Shown: positions 42,369 through 51,178, counted from the stretch's first letter. The stretch: 64,000 nt of DNA from Clostridia bacterium (GCA_017453285.1 JAFTKL010000008.1:14434-78433); one strand, 5' to 3'. Program-made: numbers and translations. The notes: generated by a model from the letters alone, not told the origin.

Positions 42369-45300
42369 ATGCAGGATAAATTTGAAACAAAGTATCCCTT
42401 TGTGGAAAATGAAAAGGAAGTCCTCGGCTTCTGGAAGGAAAACGATTGCTTCCAGAAACTCAAGGCAAAGAACGCAAACGGCCCGAAGTACCGCTTCATC
42501 GACGGTCCTATCACGGCTAACAACCCCATGGGTATACATCACACCTGGGGACGTACCCTCAAGGACACCTTCATCAAGTACAACGCTATGAAGGGTCGCG
42601 ACACCCACTACCGCAACGGCTTTGACTCTCAGGGTCTTTGGGTCGAGGTAGAGGTCGAAAAGGAGCTTGGCTTTAAGACCAAGCACGATATCGAGGCTTA
42701 CGGTCTTGATAAGTTTACCGAAAAGTGCATCGAGCGTGTAAAGAAGTTCTCGGGCGTTATCACTGAGCAGTCGATAAGACTCGGTCAGTGGATGGACTGG
42801 GATAACTCCTACTACACCTACACCGATGAAAATATTCAGGGCATCTGGACCTTCCTCAAGAAGTGCCACGAGGGCGGATGGATCCGTCAGGTCTATAAGC
42901 CTATGCCTTGGTGCTCGCGTTGCGGAACCTCGCTCTCCGAGCACGAAATGACAGGTTCTTATAAGGAGATCGAGCACGAGGCTGTATTCTTCAAGCTTCC
43001 CATCAAGGACACGAACGACTACATTCTCGTATGGACCACAACTCCCTGGACTCTCTCTGCTAACGTAGCTCTCGCGGTAAACCCCGAGATGACCTACGTA
43101 AGACTGCACGTTGCAGGTGAGGAGAACAACTACGTTACCTCGCTCAACTACTACAAACAGAAGTTCGAGAACAAAGAGGGCGTTGAGCTTCTCGCAACTA
43201 TGAAGGGTACTGACCTCGCAGGACTTGAGTACGAGACTTGCTTCCCCGAGATCGACGAGCAGAACTTTGCTCACAAGATCGTCCTCTGGGACGAGGTTGC
43301 CGACGACGAGGGATGCGGAGTCGTTCACATCGCTCCCGGATGCGGTGCCGAGGACTTTGCTCTCGGTGAGTCTATCGGTCTTCCCAAGATCATCCCCGTT
43401 GACGAGTACGGTATTTTCTATAACGGCTTCTCCTTCCTCTCCGGACTTGATGCGCAGGATTGCCGTCAGCTCGTATTCGACGAGCTCAAGAAGAGAAATA
43501 AGCTCTTCTACACACATAAGTATAAGCACAGCTACCCTGTCTGCTGGAGATGTAAGAAGGAGATCATCTTCCGTCTCGGCAAGGAATGGGCTATCGCTGT
43601 TGACGAGCTTCGCCCCCGCCTTATCGCTAACGCAAATAAGGTTCGTTGGGAACCCGCATATCAGGGCAAGAGAATGCTCGACTGGCTTGAGAATATGTCC
43701 GACTGGAATATCTCGCGTAAGAGATTTTACGGTCTTCCCCTTCCCTTCTATCTCTGCGACTGCGGCGAGCTGACCGTCGTTGGCTCCAAGGACGAGCTCT
43801 ACGAGCTTGCTGTCGACAAGTCCAAGGTAGACGCTATCCCCCATCTCCACCGTCCGTGGATCGACGACGTTCAGATCTGCTGCCCCAAGTGTAAAGCGGC
43901 AGTACAGAGAGTAACTCAGGTCGGCGACGTTTGGCTTGACGCGGGTATCGTTCCCTTCTCGACTCTCAAGTACCTTACCGATAAGGAATATTGGAAGCAG
44001 TACTTCCCTGCTGAGCACGTTCTCGAGATGAAGGAGCAGATCAGACTCTGGTTCTACTCTATGCTCTTTATGAGTACCGTTCTCGTTGACGAGCCTCCCT
44101 ATGAGAGAGTAAGCACACACGGTATGGTAGTTTCCGAGGACGGAAGCCGCTTCTCCAAGACCGGATTTATGATCCGCTTCGACGAGGCTGCTGACATCAT
44201 CGGTGCTGACGCATCGCGTTACATCTTTGCTTCCTCCTCGACCTCGACCGACGTACGCTTCGGCTTCAACCTCGGTGAAGAGGCAAGAAGAAAGCTCCTC
44301 GCTTTCTGGAACCTCGAGACATTCTTCGCAACCTACGCTGATATCGACGATACCAAGGTCGATCTCTCGAAGCTCGATCCCGCAAAGCTCTGCCCGATCG
44401 ACCGCTGGTTGCTCATCCGCACAAATAAGTTCATCAAGGAGACCAACGTTTATATGGCGGATTACTCCACCCGTGACGTCGTTACCCTCTTTGAGAGCTT
44501 TGTAAACGATATCTCCAACTTCTACATCCGTGTAAACCGCGGCCGCTTCTGGTCGACCGAGAACAGCGAGGATAAGCAGAACGCATATGCAGTTCTCTTC
44601 TACGCTATCAAGGCGATCACAGGAATTATGGCTCCCATTATTCCCTTTATGACCGAGTACACCTGGCAGAAGTTCATCAAGAGATACTCTGACGAAGAGA
44701 CTCTCTCGGTATTCCTCTCGGATTACCCCGAGGTAGATCCCGCGCTTGATATTTCCGACGACCGCATCCTTGCAGACGTTGAGTGCGCAAGAGAGATGAT
44801 CTCTCTCGGCCTCAAGCTCCGTAACGAGAAGCAGATCAAGATCCGCCAGCCTCTCTCGACTATGTACGTAAGTGCTACCGAGCAGAACGCAAACGCGATC
44901 GAGACCTTTGGCTCTGTTATTATGAGCGAGATGAATATCAACGCGATCGAACAGCTTGCTGATACCTCTGCGCTTGAGTCCAACTTCCTCACCGTTAACT
45001 TCAAGGTTGCAGGACGCGTTCTCAAGAACCGCGCAAACGAGGTCAAGGCATTCCTCGGCGAGCTTGACGCGGCACGTCAGCAGGAGCTTTCGAACGCAGT
45101 CAAGGCAGGACAGAACGTTTCTCTTCCCGAGCTTGAGCTCGAGGTAGAGCCCGACGTATTTACGCTGAACTCCAAACCTCTTGACAACGTGGCTATCTAC
45201 TCGAATAACGGCGAGTTCGTAGCACTTGATACCACCATCTCCGACGAGCTCGCAAGAGCAGGAATACTTCGTGATATCGTTCGTCAGTGTCAGGTATTCC

Positions 45301-45506
45301 GTAAGGCTGCAGGCTTTGACGTAAGCGACCGCATCTATATCGCGTTTGCGACCGAGTCCGAGCTTATCAAGAGCATTATCGCCGAAAAGCAGGCTCAGCT
45401 CGAGTCCGACCTTCTCGCGACATTCGAAGCTCCCGCAAATGTTGAGTACACAGGCACGATCGACCTCGACGGAACGGTCATCACCGTTTCGCTCCAGAGA
45501 AAGTGA
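42369..45506 (+). CDS. ileS: Isoleucyl-tRNA synthetase, long (about 1045 aa) type-2-like form
   Basis: It shows a HIGH-type motif (PMGIHHTWG) and a KMSKS-type motif (RFSKTG). It also has zinc-knuckle cysteines (CSRCGT, CWRCKK, CPKCKA). The start was chosen at MQDKFETKYPF. Confidence 0.92.
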   Translation: MQDKFETKYPFVENEKEVLGFWKENDCFQKLKAKNANGPKYRFIDGPITANNPMGIHHTWGRTLKDTFIKYNAMKGRDTHYRNGFDSQGLWVEVEVEKELGFKTKHDIEAYGLDKFTEKCIERVKKFSGVITEQSIRLGQWMDWDNSYYTYTDENIQGIWTFLKKCHEGGWIRQVYKPMPWCSRCGTSLSEHEMTGSYKEIEHEAVFFKLPIKDTNDYILVWTTTPWTLSANVALAVNPEMTYVRLHVAGEENNYVTSLNYYKQKFENKEGVELLATMKGTDLAGLEYETCFPEIDEQNFAHKIVLWDEVADDEGCGVVHIAPGCGAEDFALGESIGLPKIIPVDEYGIFYNGFSFLSGLDAQDCRQLVFDELKKRNKLFYTHKYKHSYPVCWRCKKEIIFRLGKEWAIAVDELRPRLIANANKVRWEPAYQGKRMLDWLENMSDWNISRKRFYGLPLPFYLCDCGELTVVGSKDELYELAVDKSKVDAIPHLHRPWIDDVQICCPKCKAAVQRVTQVGDVWLDAGIVPFSTLKYLTDKEYWKQYFPAEHVLEMKEQIRLWFYSMLFMSTVLVDEPPYERVSTHGMVVSEDGSRFSKTGFMIRFDEAADIIGADASRYIFASSSTSTDVRFGFNLGEEARRKLLAFWNLETFFATYADIDDTKVDLSKLDPAKLCPIDRWLLIRTNKFIKETNVYMADYSTRDVVTLFESFVNDISNFYIRVNRGRFWSTENSEDKQNAYAVLFYAIKAITGIMAPIIPFMTEYTWQKFIKRYSDEETLSVFLSDYPEVDPALDISDDRILADVECAREMISLGLKLRNEKQIKIRQPLSTMYVSATEQNANAIETFGSVIMSEMNINAIEQLADTSALESNFLTVNFKVAGRVLKNRANEVKAFLGELDAARQQELSNAVKAGQNVSLPELELEVEPDVFTLNSKPLDNVAIYSNNGEFVALDTTISDELARAGILRDIVRQCQVFRKAAGFDVSDRIYIAFATESELIKSIIAEKQAQLESDLLATFEAPANVEYTGTIDLDGTVITVSLQRK

Positions 45507-45526
45507 TCGTCAAATTTAAATTTAAA

Positions 45527-45565
45527 ATCACCTATGACGCGGCGCGTCATAGGTGATTTTTGTTT
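45527..45565 (+). terminator. Intrinsic terminator of ileS
   Basis: A perfect 14-bp stem pairs atcacctatgacgc with gcgtcataggtgat around a 3-nt loop, followed by TTTTGTTTT. Confidence 0.85.
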
Positions 45566-45606
45566 TGGGTGCAGACGGATGTTCATTTTGTGACCGAGGT
45601 GACCTC

Positions 45607-45629
45607 GGGAGGATAATATCCTCCCCTAC
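45607..45629 (-). repeat. GTAGGG-hairpin (REP-like), stem class GGGAGGAT
   Basis: The plus strand reads gggaggat-aat-atcctccc-ctac. Confidence 0.8.
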
Positions 45630-45682
45630 AATCCTGTTATTCATTTTTCATTATTCATCATTCGTTATTCATTTTTACATTT

Positions 45683-45705
45683 GTAGGGGAGGCTATTAGC
45701 CTCCC
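45683..45705 (+). repeat. GTAGGG-hairpin (REP-like), stem class GGGAGGCT
   Basis: The sequence is gtag-gggaggct-att-agcctccc. It differs from the 45607 copy by a compensatory stem pair. Confidence 0.8.
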
Positions 45706-45768
45706 GAAAAAAGCAGGATGAATGATATGTTTTCGTATGCAACCAAAATAACAAAATCCCCCCAAAGC

Positions 45769-45830
45769 CTTCACAATAAAAAATAGAAACCCGTGGTAGC
45801 CTGCTGTCCGCGTGTTTCTTTAATTTTAGA
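45769..45830 (-). repeat. Structured intergenic module, partial copy C (terminator-hairpin end only)
   Basis: The sequence is cttcacaataaaaaatagaaacccgtgg..ccgcgtgtttct. It matches the 5' ends (plus-strand sense) of copies A and B. Confidence 0.65.
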
Positions 45831-45886
45831 TTATAAAAGCCTTTGCTTTGGCTAAATGTCAAACGTGTATATTTTTTATCTTGTTC

Positions 45887-45909
45887 GTAGGGGCGACCTG
45901 CGGTCGCCC
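45887..45909 (+). repeat. GTAGGG-hairpin (REP-like), stem class GGGCGACC
   Basis: The sequence is gtag-gggcgacc-tgc-ggtcgccc. Confidence 0.8.
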
Positions 45910-45942
45910 GCCTTGAAATAAAAGTTACTTTTGTAGTACAAC

Positions 45943-45965
45943 GGGCGACCACAGGTCGCCCCTAC
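45943..45965 (-). repeat. GTAGGG-hairpin (REP-like), stem class GGGCGACC, inverted partner
   Basis: The sequence is gggcgacc-aca-ggtcgccc-ctac. With the 45887 copy it forms a 79-bp doublet with outward-facing GTAG ends. Confidence 0.8.
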
Positions 45966-46024
45966 CGGCATAGAGAGAAACCGTTGCTTTCGGTTACAGA
46001 TCAAACAAAGATTTAGAGCTCACT

Positions 46025-46250
46025 CTTCACAATAAAAAAGAAACACGCGGTAGCGAGCTGTCCGCGTGTTTCTACATCGCATTTATATTAAATTACAGAT
46101 CGGAGATGTCGCTTTGGCTTACAATAGCCCAAACTTCCTTAGGTAATATCGGTGCGAGCCACGTACAAACCCTACACAAACACCCACAGGAAGTTCTTTT
46201 GGTTCTTTTCTTTCAAGAAAAGAACAATAAATCCCTGCTCCAAGCTAACT
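46025..46250 (-). repeat. Structured intergenic module, copy B (~226 bp)
   Basis: On the minus strand it starts at the stop codon of the 251-aa gene. An 8-bp hairpin (gttctttt/aaaagaac) comes first. It ends in a perfect 12-bp-stem hairpin, agaaacacgcgg/ccgcgtgtttct (46039-46073), followed by T5. Confidence 0.8.
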
Positions 46251-47000
46251 CCTATACCAAGCTCGGCGCCCCTCGGTGCGCTTGTCGATAAGACCGATGT
46301 GAGAGAGGAGATTGAGGGCGGAATAAAGGTCTCTGCCGCGCAGACGGGTGTGTGGCTGATAGTCAGCAGCAGAGAATTCCTTGCCGATAAGCTCGGCAGG
46401 CAGAAATTCCACGTAATCCGCGACCTCGCGCAGTTCAACGAGCTCGACGAGCTTCGTAGGAAAGACCTCGTTGTCGTACTTGCCGCTCTTGCGGTAGCGT
46501 ACCGCTTCGGAATAGCGATATTCCTCGACTTCGACGAGCGCGACAATGATAGAAAAGCGCGAGTGACCTATAAAATCGCGCAGATAGTAGAGCTTCGGGA
46601 GAATATCCTCAAGATGCGCCCTCTTCGGCGAGGAACGCACGTAGGATATCTCGCCGCTCTCGCGGTCGGCGCGGATTATCTTCCGCTTGACCACGAGCGG
46701 ATGCACCACGGTCACGAAATTGTCGGTCTCGTTCAGATAATAACCGATCTTGTCGGTAAGCGGAGCAAATGACGCGCACTGTATCTCGTAGATGTGTCCG
46801 TCGCACAGCACGTCGGCAGTGTAGCGACCGACCTTGATCTCAAAGAAATTCTCGTTGTCGCAAAAGGTGCGCTTGAGCACCCGATGCAGCCGCTTTTCGT
46901 TGTATATGCCAATTCCCTCCTCGGCGGAGAGTCCTTTTACCGTATAGGACTCAGCCGCCGCAAGAGTGGCAAATCTTTCATAAAAATTAACGTCCGTCAC
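46245..47000 (-). CDS. Hypothetical protein with a CoiA-like PD-(D/E)XK nuclease motif (tentative)
   Basis: The stretch ..FFEIKVGRYTADVLCDGHIYEIQCASFAPLTDKIGYY.. fits the D..(E)xQ core of restriction-endonuclease-like folds. Its start overlaps the stop of the upstream ABC gene by 4 nt. Confidence 0.5.
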   Translation of the reverse strand: MTDVNFYERFATLAAAESYTVKGLSAEEGIGIYNEKRLHRVLKRTFCDNENFFEIKVGRYTADVLCDGHIYEIQCASFAPLTDKIGYYLNETDNFVTVVHPLVVKRKIIRADRESGEISYVRSSPKRAHLEDILPKLYYLRDFIGHSRFSIIVALVEVEEYRYSEAVRYRKSGKYDNEVFPTKLVELVELREVADYVEFLPAELIGKEFSAADYQPHTRLRGRDLYSALNLLSHIGLIDKRTEGRRAWYRS

Positions 47001-48874
47001 GTCGCAATACCCGCAAACTGATTGGAATAGAGCTTGTGGTACTCGCCGCCAAGCGCGAGCAGCTCCTCGTGACTTCCCGCCTCGGCAACTCTGCCGTCCT
47101 TGATGACCACGATCTTGTCCGCATCACGAATGGTCGAGAGTCGGTGCGCGATTATGAGCGAGGTACGGTTCTCCATCAGCGCGACCATAGCCTGCTGAAT
47201 GTGCATCTCGGTTCGCGTGTCAACGCTCGAGGTCGCCTCGTCGAGTATGAGTATCTTCGGATCGGCAAGCACCGCGCGTGCGATCGAGAGAAGCTGTCGC
47301 TGTCCCTGCGAGAGATTGCTTCCCGACTCGGCAAGCATCGTGTCATAGCCGTCGGGCAGACGCTCGATAAAGGTGTCCGCCTTTGCAAGCGCCGCCGCGG
47401 CGCGCATCTCTTCGTCGCTCGCCTCAAGTCTGCCGTACTTTATGTTTGCCCTGATGGTGTCCGAGAAAAGCACGGTGTCCTGCAAAACTATCGCAATAGA
47501 GCGGCGGAGCGTCTCCTTCGGTATCGTGGTAATGTCTCTGCCGTCGATCGTGATAACACCGCCGTCGACCTCGTAAAATCTCGTCAGCAGATTTACGACG
47601 GTAGTCTTTCCCGAACCGGTAGCACCGACGATCGCAATCTTCTGCCCCTTCTTGAGCCAGAGATCAAGTCCCTTGAGGACGGGCTCGCCCTCTTCATACG
47701 CAAAATCGATGTTCTCAAAGCGGATGTTGCCCTCGATCTCGCTCACGTGCACCTCTACCGTGCCCTCGTCGATCTCGTCCGCGCTGTCCATTATCTCAAA
47801 TATTCGCTCCGCGCCCGCGAGAGCCGTGAGTATTGACGCGTATTGGTTTGCGATCTCGTTTACGGGACGGGTGAATTTCTTGGAGTACTGAAGCATCGAG
47901 TGGATGTCGCCAAGCATAAGCGAGGGAACGAGCGGATTGGGATTGAGTACGAAAAATCCGCCGAACGCCGCGATAAGAACGTATTGGAAGTTACCAAGGA
48001 AGTTCATACACGGGCCCATGATCGAGCCCCAGACGCGCGCGAGGATACTGCTCTTCTTGAGCTCACCACTCGTCACGCCAAAGTCCTCTATCGCCTTGCC
48101 CTCCTTACCGTACGCAACGACCGTTTTGTAGGAAGTGACCATCTCCTCGACCTGACCGTTGAGCGCACCGACGAGCTTCTGCCGCTTGACGAAATATTTA
48201 CGCATAAACTTTGCAAGATTTGTGGATATCGCGATGGTCATAGGAATAGTGATGCAGGCGATGAGCGCCATTACCCAGCTATAATATACCATCATCGTGA
48301 ACGCTCCGATGAGCGTGAGAATGCTCGATATGAGCGATGCTATCGACTGCGAGACCGCGTTTGAAACGTTCTCGACGTCGTTGGTCATTCTCGACATTAT
48401 GTCGCCGTGCTTGTGCGTGTCTGTGTACTTGATCGGGAGCTTGGAGATTTTCTTGAACAGATCGTTACGCATCATATAAACGGTGTTCTGCGAAAGCTTT
48501 GCCGCGATTATTCCCTGCGCGAGTCCAAGTCCTGCGCTGATCAGGAACAGAACACCCATCGCTCCAAGGCAGAGGAACATCGTGTCAAGATCGACCGAAA
48601 GACTTCCGTCCTCGGCGACCTTGATGGTGTTGATCGCCGCGCCCTGAAGTGCAGGTCCTGCGAGGTCGGAGACCGTGACTATCGCCATAATGCAGACAAG
48701 TGCAATAACGAGCAGCTTGCTCTTTCCTATGTACTTAAGCAGTCTTCCAAGCGTCTGCAGAGTGTTCTTCGGCTTCTCTCTGTTCACTCTCGCACCCATA
48801 GGTCCGCCGCCACCACCGCCGGGGCGGCGCATATCCGGCATCTTTGCCTGAGGTGCTTTTCTCTGATCATTCAT
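46997..48874 (-). CDS. ABC exporter, fused permease/ATPase (type I, heterodimer partner)
   Basis: It shows Walker A (GATGSGKTT), the signature LSQGQRQ and Walker B (ILILDEATS), with a 6-TM N-terminal half. Confidence 0.9.
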   Translation of the reverse strand: MNDQRKAPQAKMPDMRRPGGGGGGPMGARVNREKPKNTLQTLGRLLKYIGKSKLLVIALVCIMAIVTVSDLAGPALQGAAINTIKVAEDGSLSVDLDTMFLCLGAMGVLFLISAGLGLAQGIIAAKLSQNTVYMMRNDLFKKISKLPIKYTDTHKHGDIMSRMTNDVENVSNAVSQSIASLISSILTLIGAFTMMVYYSWVMALIACITIPMTIAISTNLAKFMRKYFVKRQKLVGALNGQVEEMVTSYKTVVAYGKEGKAIEDFGVTSGELKKSSILARVWGSIMGPCMNFLGNFQYVLIAAFGGFFVLNPNPLVPSLMLGDIHSMLQYSKKFTRPVNEIANQYASILTALAGAERIFEIMDSADEIDEGTVEVHVSEIEGNIRFENIDFAYEEGEPVLKGLDLWLKKGQKIAIVGATGSGKTTVVNLLTRFYEVDGGVITIDGRDITTIPKETLRRSIAIVLQDTVLFSDTIRANIKYGRLEASDEEMRAAAALAKADTFIERLPDGYDTMLAESGSNLSQGQRQLLSIARAVLADPKILILDEATSSVDTRTEMHIQQAMVALMENRTSLIIAHRLSTIRDADKIVVIKDGRVAEAGSHEELLALGGEYHKLYSNQFAGIAT

Positions 48875-50687
48875 TTGCAGCTACCTCCTTCTCGTCCGCG
48901 CCCTTCATCTGCGAATTGTAGATATCGCGATAGGTCTCGCTGGTTCTCATAAGCTCGTCGTGCGATCCACAATCCTTGATGGTTCCGTTCTCGATGACCG
49001 CAATTCGATCTGCCTCCTTGACGCTGGCAATTCTCTGCGCGATCATAATGACCGTCGAGCCGCTCAGCTCTTCGCGAAGAGCTTTGCGCAATCTCGCCTC
49101 GGTAGCGAGGTCGAGTGCGGATGTCGCATCGTCAAGAATTATCATCTCGGGGCGACGGACGATAGCGCGCGCGATCGACATTCTCTGCTTCTGTCCGCCC
49201 GAGAGCGACGCGCCCTTCTCCGCTATGTAGTCGTCAAATCCGCCCGAGAAGCTGTTGACAAAGTCCTCAGCCTGCGCGATCCTTGCCGCCGCGCGTACCT
49301 CTTCGTCGGTCGCGTCGGGCTTTCCCCAACGGATATTCTCCGCGATAGTTCCCGAGAAGAGCTCGCTCTTCTGCATAACGTAGGATATGCTCGAGCGCAG
49401 AGCGGCGAGGTCGTATTCCTTTACGGGAATTCCGTTGACCAACACCTCTCCCTCGGTCGCGTCGTAGAAGCGGAGTATCATATTCACAAGCGAGGTCTTG
49501 CCCGATCCCGTAGCACCGATGATCGCGAAGGTCTCGCCCTTCTTTATGTCAATATTTATATCGTGAAGCACGGGGCGACCTGTTGCGGAGGGATACCTGA
49601 AGCTCACGTTACGGAAGGACACCGCGATCTCCTCAGACTCTCCGACCTTGTCTCCCGATATGATCACAGGGTCAGCGTCAAGCACCTCGTTTACACGCTT
49701 GACCGATGCCATAGCGCGAGATACCGAGGTAAAGAGCATAGTTACCATCATTATCGACATGATTACCTGCGTTACGTAGGTGACCGCCGCCATGATAGTT
49801 CCCGCGCTCATCTCGCTTCCCGCAACGTTTGCGATATCAAGACCGCCGATAAGTATTACCGCGATGATAGCCGCGTTCATTACCACCGTCAGCACGGGGT
49901 GCATTATCGCCATCATTTTCTGAACCTTCATATTGGTGTCGCGGAGCTCGCCGTTAGCCGTCTTGAAGCGTTCGAATTCGTGATCCTCGCGCACGTACGC
50001 CTTGACCACTCTCGCACCCGTCACGTTCTCCTGAACGACCGAGTTGACGCGGTCGAGCTTCTGCTGTATCTTGCTGAATATCGGCACTGCGCGAGTCAGC
50101 ACAAAGGTGAGCATCAGTGCCATTATCGGCAGAGCGCAGAGCAGCACGAAGCCGAATTTAACGTCGAGCGTGCAGAGCATTACCGTGCCGCCGATAAAGA
50201 ACATCGGCGAGCGCACGAGCATACGCAGAAGCATTTCGGTGAATTCTATTATCATCGTGACGTCGTTGGTCATTCGCGTTACGAGCGAGCCCGTGGTGAA
50301 TTTGTCGGTCTGCTCGATCGAGAGCGACATTACCTTTTTGTATGCGTCACGGCGCAGATCGTCGCCAAGGCTCTGGGATGCCTTAGCCGCGGTGTAGGCG
50401 CAGAACACGCCGAAAAATCCGCCGACCAGCACCACAAGCAGCATAAGCACACCGAAGGTGATTATGACCTGCATAGAGCTGTATGTACCCTCGCCGTAAA
50501 GCAAGCGCATCACAGTCGAGCCGAGCTCGGACTCCGAGACGTCGCCCGCCGCGTTTATTCCGTAGTCTACGATGACCGTCATAAGCTTCGGCAGAAACAG
50601 ATCTGCCATTACCTCGCCTATCATCAGCAAGGGCGAGATTATCGCAAGAAGCGCATATGGCTTCAGATATCGAAATACCGTTTTCAT
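48867..50687 (-). CDS. ABC exporter, fused permease/ATPase (type I, heterodimer partner)
   Basis: It shows Walker A (GATGSGKTS), the signature LSGGQKQ and Walker B (MIILDDATS). Confidence 0.9.
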   Translation of the reverse strand: MKTVFRYLKPYALLAIISPLLMIGEVMADLFLPKLMTVIVDYGINAAGDVSESELGSTVMRLLYGEGTYSSMQVIITFGVLMLLVVLVGGFFGVFCAYTAAKASQSLGDDLRRDAYKKVMSLSIEQTDKFTTGSLVTRMTNDVTMIIEFTEMLLRMLVRSPMFFIGGTVMLCTLDVKFGFVLLCALPIMALMLTFVLTRAVPIFSKIQQKLDRVNSVVQENVTGARVVKAYVREDHEFERFKTANGELRDTNMKVQKMMAIMHPVLTVVMNAAIIAVILIGGLDIANVAGSEMSAGTIMAAVTYVTQVIMSIMMVTMLFTSVSRAMASVKRVNEVLDADPVIISGDKVGESEEIAVSFRNVSFRYPSATGRPVLHDINIDIKKGETFAIIGATGSGKTSLVNMILRFYDATEGEVLVNGIPVKEYDLAALRSSISYVMQKSELFSGTIAENIRWGKPDATDEEVRAAARIAQAEDFVNSFSGGFDDYIAEKGASLSGGQKQRMSIARAIVRRPEMIILDDATSALDLATEARLRKALREELSGSTVIMIAQRIASVKEADRIAVIENGTIKDCGSHDELMRTSETYRDIYNSQMKGADEKEVAANE

Positions 50688-51178
50688 TCTTCCTCCTCAT
50701 TCTTCTGCTCGGACAGCAGATTTTCGCGTATTTTTCCAAGCAGAGTCATCAGCGTCGCCCTCTCGTCCTCACTCAGTCCCTCGAGCGCCAGCGCGTCGGT
50801 CTGTCTTATCTTCTCAAGACCGTTCCGATCTATCTCTCTTCCCTTTTGCGTGAGCCTTGCGCGAAGCTCGCGCTTGTCCTCGGGGTTCTTAAATAGCTCG
50901 ACTATCTCCTCGTCCTGCATCTTGCGCAGTATCACGCTGACCGTCGGCGGCCGCAGATGAGTCATCTCGACTATCTCGCGCTGACTTGCTCCGTCGCTCA
51001 TCGCAAGAGCCGACAAAACCAGCCGCGCGCCGTGCTGTGACATTACTCCCTCTATGTTCGCGCCTCTCACCCTCGCACCCGTGAGCCTTGAGATCTCGTG
51101 GCAGAGCTTGACGGGATTACTGCCAAGCTCGCATCTGCGAGGCGGTGTCGGCATAGAAAAGCATTGTTTTTTTGCCAT
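50684..51178 (-). CDS. MarR-family transcriptional regulator
   Basis: It has a winged HTH (..SQREIVEMTHLRPPTVSVILRKMQDEEIVE..DKRELRARLTQKG). It is the first gene of the ABC operon. Confidence 0.85.
   Translation of the reverse strand: MAKKQCFSMPTPPRRCELGSNPVKLCHEISRLTGARVRGANIEGVMSQHGARLVLSALAMSDGASQREIVEMTHLRPPTVSVILRKMQDEEIVELFKNPEDKRELRARLTQKGREIDRNGLEKIRQTDALALEGLSEDERATLMTLLGKIRENLLSEQKNEEEE

Noticed and set aside
42342-44120. A 592-aa minus-strand ORF inside ileS.
   Set aside because: It is the antisense shadow of a strongly supported ileS frame and has no independent signals.
18175-46250. Possibility that the recurring hairpin repeats form a CRISPR array.
   Set aside because: There is no regular repeat-spacer periodicity. 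The repeats vary in sequence and orientation, are scattered over 28 kb, and no cas genes are present.
48960-50960. A 666-aa plus-strand ORF over the ABC transporter and MarR genes. Also 47036-47836, 47843-48364 and 48407-48952.
   Set aside because: They are antisense to genes with clear Walker and ABC-signature motifs. Their composition is His/Arg-rich junk.
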